Shown piece after piece: positions 49,226 through 53,539 of a stretch of DNA of 53,539 nt. The notes under the pieces are model-generated. The model made no database searches. It was not told the origin of the DNA and worked only from the letters and a program-made list of their open reading frames with translations. The first letter of the stretch is position 1. Every line of letters starts with the position of its first letter. The position numbers and the translations under genes were made by a program. This DNA is from Candidatus Velthaea sp. (GTDB lineage: Bacteria; Vulcanimicrobiota; Vulcanimicrobiia; Vulcanimicrobiales; Vulcanimicrobiaceae): NCBI GenBank assembly GCA_050012475.1, contig JBEKHC010000025.1, positions 1-53,539 on the forward strand, in the 5' to 3' direction.

Positions 49226-49328
49226 CGAGGCTCCTTTCTTCGCGCGCGGTCACCGCTCGGGTCCGCCGCAACGTCCGCCAACGTTAACACGAGCCGGCAC
49301 TTTTTGCAAGCCGGCATCGCCAAAAAAA

Positions 49329-50123
49329 TTAGTGCGCGAACCAGCCGCCGTCGATCGAGATCGGTGCGCCGGTGATCGATTTCGCCAGATCGCCGCACAA
49401 GTACGCGCAGAGCGCTCCCACTTCGATGGGTTCGATGAAACGCCGCGTTGGCATCGCCTCGAGAAACGCCCGGTCCAGCGCTTCGTCCTCGCTGATGCCG
49501 CCGCCGAAGGACGTGGCGAGATCGGCGGCTTGTCCGCGAATGAGTTCCGTCATCACGGCGCCCGGACAAATCGCATTGACCGTTATCCCGATCGGCGCGC
49601 CTTCGATGGCCGCAACTTTCGTCAGCCCGACCACGCCGTGCTTGGCCGCGACGTAGGCGGCCTTGAACGGCGAACCGATCACCCCTTGCACGCTGGCGAT
49701 GTTGACGACGCGGCCGCGCCCGCGCGCGACCAGATGCGGCCAAACCGCCTTGGTCGAATAAAAGACGCCGTCGAGATCGATGCTTCGAACGAGCCGGTAC
49801 TTTTCAACCGGAAAGTCGGCGATCGGCGAGACGAATTGCACGCCGGCGTTGTTCACCAGATGGTCGATGCGGCCGAAATCCTGCGCGATCCGGTCGACCG
49901 TTGCCGACACCGCGTTCCAATCGCTGACGTCGACTGCGTAACCGCGCGCGGTCACCGAGAACTCGTTTGCCAGGGCCGAAGCCGCGGCGTCGGCATCGGC
50001 TTGCCGCAGGTCGCAGATCGCGACGGCCGACCCCGCACGCGCCAATTCCGTGGCACACGCCAGTCCGATGCCGCGTGCTGCGCCGGTGATGATGCTTACG
50101 CGTTCGCGATGTTCGCTTGTCAT
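49329..50123 (-). CDS. bdhA: 3-hydroxybutyrate dehydrogenase (SDR)
   Basis: TGAARGIG, NNAGVQFVSPI.DFP, SPFKAAYVAAKHG, NAICPG.V.T.L, IDGGW.A. Confidence 0.85.
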   Translation of the reverse strand: MTSEHRERVSIITGAARGIGLACATELARAGSAVAICDLRQADADAAASALANEFSVTARGYAVDVSDWNAVSATVDRIAQDFGRIDHLVNNAGVQFVSPIADFPVEKYRLVRSIDLDGVFYSTKAVWPHLVARGRGRVVNIASVQGVIGSPFKAAYVAAKHGVVGLTKVAAIEGAPIGITVNAICPGAVMTELIRGQAADLATSFGGGISEDEALDRAFLEAMPTRRFIEPIEVGALCAYLCGDLAKSITGAPISIDGGWFAH

Positions 50124-50292
50124 AGGGCCTCCGAGTACCCGCTCGAATGCCCTACTCCTGCGCGTTGCGTCCAAATAACGGCACTTCGTAATGCGCGCGT
50201 TTTGATTGGGTTAGGTGCGTCGCCAAGCGCAGGAAGGGCGCTCCGGCAGCGACGATTGGGTACGGGTGAACACCGTTGCTGAAAGCCGCGGG

Positions 50293-51897
50293 ATGACGTA
50301 TTCGGCCGAAGCCGCGGGCAATGGTGGTAACGTTCGCTGTCATGTCGTCCGGCGCCACGCCCCGCGAGATCGCCGCGCTCACTACACCATCTTCGTTTCG
50401 AATGAAACGACTGCCGACGCGCAAGCGCTCGCTTTCGTGCCCGAGACAGCTGCCGCGCGTTATCGCACGGTCGCTCAGATGGCCGCCGGGCCCGGCTCGG
50501 ATTTCTCGACCACCACCGTTCTCGACGTCAGCCCCAGTGGGTTTCTGCCCGAGCTTCGCGTCGCCGTCACCACCGGCGAGGTCGAATTCACGTTGGCCGT
50601 GCCCAGCCTGCAGCTGGACGATACGGCGTTCGACGCAGACGCCGATGACGACGTCCTCGTCGCCGGCGTGACGGCGCCCACCGAGGCGCAATCGGCCTCG
50701 CAGCCCCCGCCGAGAAGCCAACAACGTCCGCAGCCCGCAGCGCAACGCCCGCAGCCGCCGGCGGTGCGCGAAGCGTATGCCGCGCCGATCCAGCCGTTCG
50801 TGGCCCCGGTACGGCACACCGAAGCGGAGCCGCGACACAGCCGCCGCGCGGCGCGGCCGCGAGCCCCGATGGTCACGCCGATCCTCATCATGTTCGCCGG
50901 CTACGTCCTCATCGCCGCGTTTCTCATCGCCCGTCCGCGCATTGCGGACTTCGCTTTGCCGGCGACCGCGACGCAGCAGTCGTCGGTTCCCGTGCTCTAT
51001 CATGCTTCGGGGCTGGGCAGCGCGGACTACACGGTGCTGGGGCCTGACGCCCAGCCGATTGCCGGCGGCCCGCTCGTGATGGGTGCCGGCAGTTTCACGT
51101 TCACCGCGCCCAAAGATACCGCGGCGCAAGCCTATTTGGTCCGCCTGCGCGTGAGCAATATCTTCGGTTCGGCCATCGCCGAAGACTATCTGCACGTGCC
51201 CGCGCCGCCGGCAACGCCGGCGCCTCCCGCACCTCGTCCGCGGCACGTTGCGCCGGCGCTCCCGCCGCCGCAAATCCGTTCGCTCGCGCTCGACCGGGCA
51301 ACCGTTGCCAGCGGCGACACGCTCAACGTATATTACGACATCGCCGCAACGAGCGGGACGATCGCGCTGCTCGACCCGTCGGCGCAGATTACGTACGGCA
51401 AGTCGCAACTCGATATGTCCGGCCACGCATCGTTCATCGCGCCGCGAACCGACATTCCGCGCTCTCTCACGGTGGTCGTCACCGCGCAGCGCGGCAAAGC
51501 AACGACCGAATCACGAACCGGGGTAAGTTTAACGCCGTTTCCCGCGCCGGTCCCGCAGTCCAATCCCGCCGACCCGAGCGGTCTTGGCCTTACCGGGGTT
51601 GCCGGTGCGCCGGCCGCACCGGGCCAGCCCTCGGCGGTGACCATCTCGGCCCCCGCGAGCGTCCGCTCGCAGCAGCCGATTCGGGTCGACGTCGCCGGGG
51701 CCGCGGTGGGCCTGCAGCTCGTTCTGCTCGACGGCTCGGGCAACGAACTCGACAAGCGGGAATTGCCGCCGGGCCAAAGCAGCACGGTGTTTCGCGCGCC
51801 GGCGGTCAGTGCGCGCAGCCAGTTTTTATTCGAGGCCACTTCGGCACGCGGCACCGGCAGCGAAACGGTCGTGCGGCCGATCGTCGTCTTGCCCTAA
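50293..51897 (+). CDS. Single-pass membrane hypothetical protein with Ig-like beta domains
   Basis: N-terminal beta domain, acidic/Pro linker, TM helix, then three beta-rich segments separated by Pro linkers. Confidence 0.75.
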   Translation: MTYSAEAAGNGGNVRCHVVRRHAPRDRRAHYTIFVSNETTADAQALAFVPETAAARYRTVAQMAAGPGSDFSTTTVLDVSPSGFLPELRVAVTTGEVEFTLAVPSLQLDDTAFDADADDDVLVAGVTAPTEAQSASQPPPRSQQRPQPAAQRPQPPAVREAYAAPIQPFVAPVRHTEAEPRHSRRAARPRAPMVTPILIMFAGYVLIAAFLIARPRIADFALPATATQQSSVPVLYHASGLGSADYTVLGPDAQPIAGGPLVMGAGSFTFTAPKDTAAQAYLVRLRVSNIFGSAIAEDYLHVPAPPATPAPPAPRPRHVAPALPPPQIRSLALDRATVASGDTLNVYYDIAATSGTIALLDPSAQITYGKSQLDMSGHASFIAPRTDIPRSLTVVVTAQRGKATTESRTGVSLTPFPAPVPQSNPADPSGLGLTGVAGAPAAPGQPSAVTISAPASVRSQQPIRVDVAGAAVGLQLVLLDGSGNELDKRELPPGQSSTVFRAPAVSARSQFLFEATSARGTGSETVVRPIVVLP

Positions 51898-51962
51898 CCG
51901 CTAATGCGTCTACTGGCGACCTGATTCGCTTTGTCGTGCGGGTCGAGGGCGAGCACGTCGAC

Positions 51963-52208
51963 CACGTGCTCGGCTTCATTCACGTGCTCGGCTTCATTGA
52001 TGATGAACGCCGCGGGGGAGATGAGGAACGCTGCTCGGTAAGTGATGCCGTCGCTGTAGCGAAGTTCCGTATTGCTTCGGGCCGGTCTTGAGCGGCTCGA
52101 TGACCGAGCCGATCGTCGGGCGTAATAGCTGCGATGCAGCGCCTCGAGATGCAGCGCCTCGAACTGTAGGCGGCGATCTGCTTGGCAGCCTTTTGCTTGG
52201 CAACCTTT
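51963..52208. repeat. Three unrelated short tandem duplications
   Basis: cacgtgctcggcttcatt x2 (51963-51998); gatgcagcgcctcga x2 (52133-52162); tgcttggcaRccttt x2 (52179-52208). Confidence 0.9.
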
Positions 52209-52488
52209 GGATGGAGCCTAACGCGCCAGGGCCGCCCGCCCTGCCCGCTGTGGAGCCGAATTTTTTCGCCGGACGCGCCCGACCATGAGATTGACACGCA
52301 GAGCTCCCAACGCGGGAGCCCGCGCGGGCTGATCGGCGACTTGCATGTGATTTCTCTCCGACGGATCTGGGCCGTCCGTTGTACGACGCCGGGTCTTCGA
52401 AATACGAACGTACATGAAATCGCCGCAGAGCTCCGGGGAGCGCTGCGGCGATTCGTGCTGCCGATGGTCCGGGAACGGCTCCGCTAGG

Positions 52489-53538
52489 CTAGGAGATCGA
52501 GCCCGGGGGTGCCGAGGGAACCGCAGTCGGTGCCGGAGTCGACGACGGCGAGGTCGTCGGCTGCTGCGTCGGAACAGGCGTCGGCGTCGGGGTCGGCGTC
52601 GCTCTCGGCGTCGGCGTCGGGGTCGGCGCAGGCGTCGGGGTTGGCGACGGCTTCGGTGTCGGCGAAGGCGTCGGAGTCGGCGCAGGCGTCGGCGTCGGCG
52701 ACGGCTTCGGAGTCGGCGACGGCGTCGGCGTCGGCACAGGCGTCGGTCTCGGCGTGTACGACGGTCGCGGCGTGGGCACCGGGGTCGGCACGGGCGACCC
52801 GCTCGGCGTCGGTGTCGGTGACGGCGAGGGTCTCGGCGTCCACGAGGGCCGCGGCCTTGGTGTCGGCGTCGGGGTCGGCGACGGGGTCGGCGACGGGGTC
52901 GGCGTGGGCGTTGGCGACGGTACCGGCGTCATCGCCGGGGTCGGCGTCGGCGCCGGCGTCGGCGTGCCGGTCGGTGCCGGCGACGGCGTATCCGTCGGCG
53001 AATCGGTCGGCGACGAGGTCGGAGCTGGGCTCGGGTTGTTGCTCGGACCCGCCGTTGCGGTCGGGTTCGGCGACGGCGTCGGTTCGGTGGATTGTCCCGG
53101 TCCGGGGCTAGGCGGCGGCGTCGTCCCGCCGGCCCACGTCTGCGGAGCCGGCGTCGGCGGGATCGGCTGCGAACCGACGCCCGTCGAGCAATCCGGGCTC
53201 ATCGTGAGCGGCTGCGAGCTGAAGTCGCCGGATCCCAAGACCGGTGTTCCGGAAACCGCCGAAGCATTGCTCGACGGCGCGAGCGAAGCCGAAATCGGCG
53301 AGCTCACACTCGCGATGCAATGCATGAGCGTCGCGACGTCCGGTGAGCGATAGAAATTGTAACTGGTCGAGAACACGTTGCCGAACAGCGCCTGACCGAG
53401 GAAACCGCCGTCGGTAACGAGCGCGCTCATCGTCGGAACGCTTTGCAGCATGAGATACGAACGCGTCGCTCCAGTGAACAGCTGGCGCACGGGAGTCGAG
53501 GCGCAGAACGCTTGCGGCGGGGTGTCCGGCTGCCAGAC
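52489..53538 (-). CDS. Pro/Thr-repeat (PT linker) surface protein, 5' truncated
   Basis: The frame is open to the window end; long PTPTPSP repeats. Confidence 0.8.
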   Translation of the reverse strand, partial: VWQPDTPPQAFCASTPVRQLFTGATRSYLMLQSVPTMSALVTDGGFLGQALFGNVFSTSYNFYRSPDVATLMHCIASVSSPISASLAPSSNASAVSGTPVLGSGDFSSQPLTMSPDCSTGVGSQPIPPTPAPQTWAGGTTPPPSPGPGQSTEPTPSPNPTATAGPSNNPSPAPTSSPTDSPTDTPSPAPTGTPTPAPTPTPAMTPVPSPTPTPTPSPTPSPTPTPTPRPRPSWTPRPSPSPTPTPSGSPVPTPVPTPRPSYTPRPTPVPTPTPSPTPKPSPTPTPAPTPTPSPTPKPSPTPTPAPTPTPTPRATPTPTPTPVPTQQPTTSPSSTPAPTAVPSAPPGSIS

Positions 53539-53539
53539 C

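Noticed and set aside
52509..53353. Plus-strand Ser/Ala- and Gly/Val-repeat ORFs; possible CRISPR-like array
   Set aside because: Antisense translations of the PT-repeat gene; no repeat-spacer structure or cas genes.

Overview
A 53.5-kb, high-GC bacterial chromosomal segment of about 45 mostly housekeeping, transport and accessory genes. Gene style and an OM beta-barrel-like protein suggest a diderm soil bacterium such as Ca. Eremiobacterota; this is inference only. Recognisable content: SDR sugar dehydrogenase, HAD, VOC, a six-repeat DUF11-like protein with HEAT partner and SbtB/PII-like gene, an OmpR-type two-component pair, NCS2 permease, ppc, hom, two transglutaminase-like genes, a K+ channel, an SSS-galK-galT cluster, two MFS transporters, kup, cytochrome P450, an RhlE-like DEAD-box helicase, hyi, a MocA-like transferase, an intein-containing SF2 helicase, bdhA and Pro/Thr-rich surface proteins. 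I saw no rRNA, tRNA, CRISPR array, integrase or transposase. Most notable: (1) a leader-peptide attenuator (30-codon uORF, antiterminator, terminator hiding the SD) controlling a 66-aa unknown protein; (2) a 332-aa intein with a decayed homing endonuclease in the helicase Walker A motif; (3) a Gly-rich tail-fibre-like gene next to a VapC remnant with compensating frameshifts; (4) the PII-DUF11-HEAT cluster; (5) an inverted piece of the first gene at the window start.
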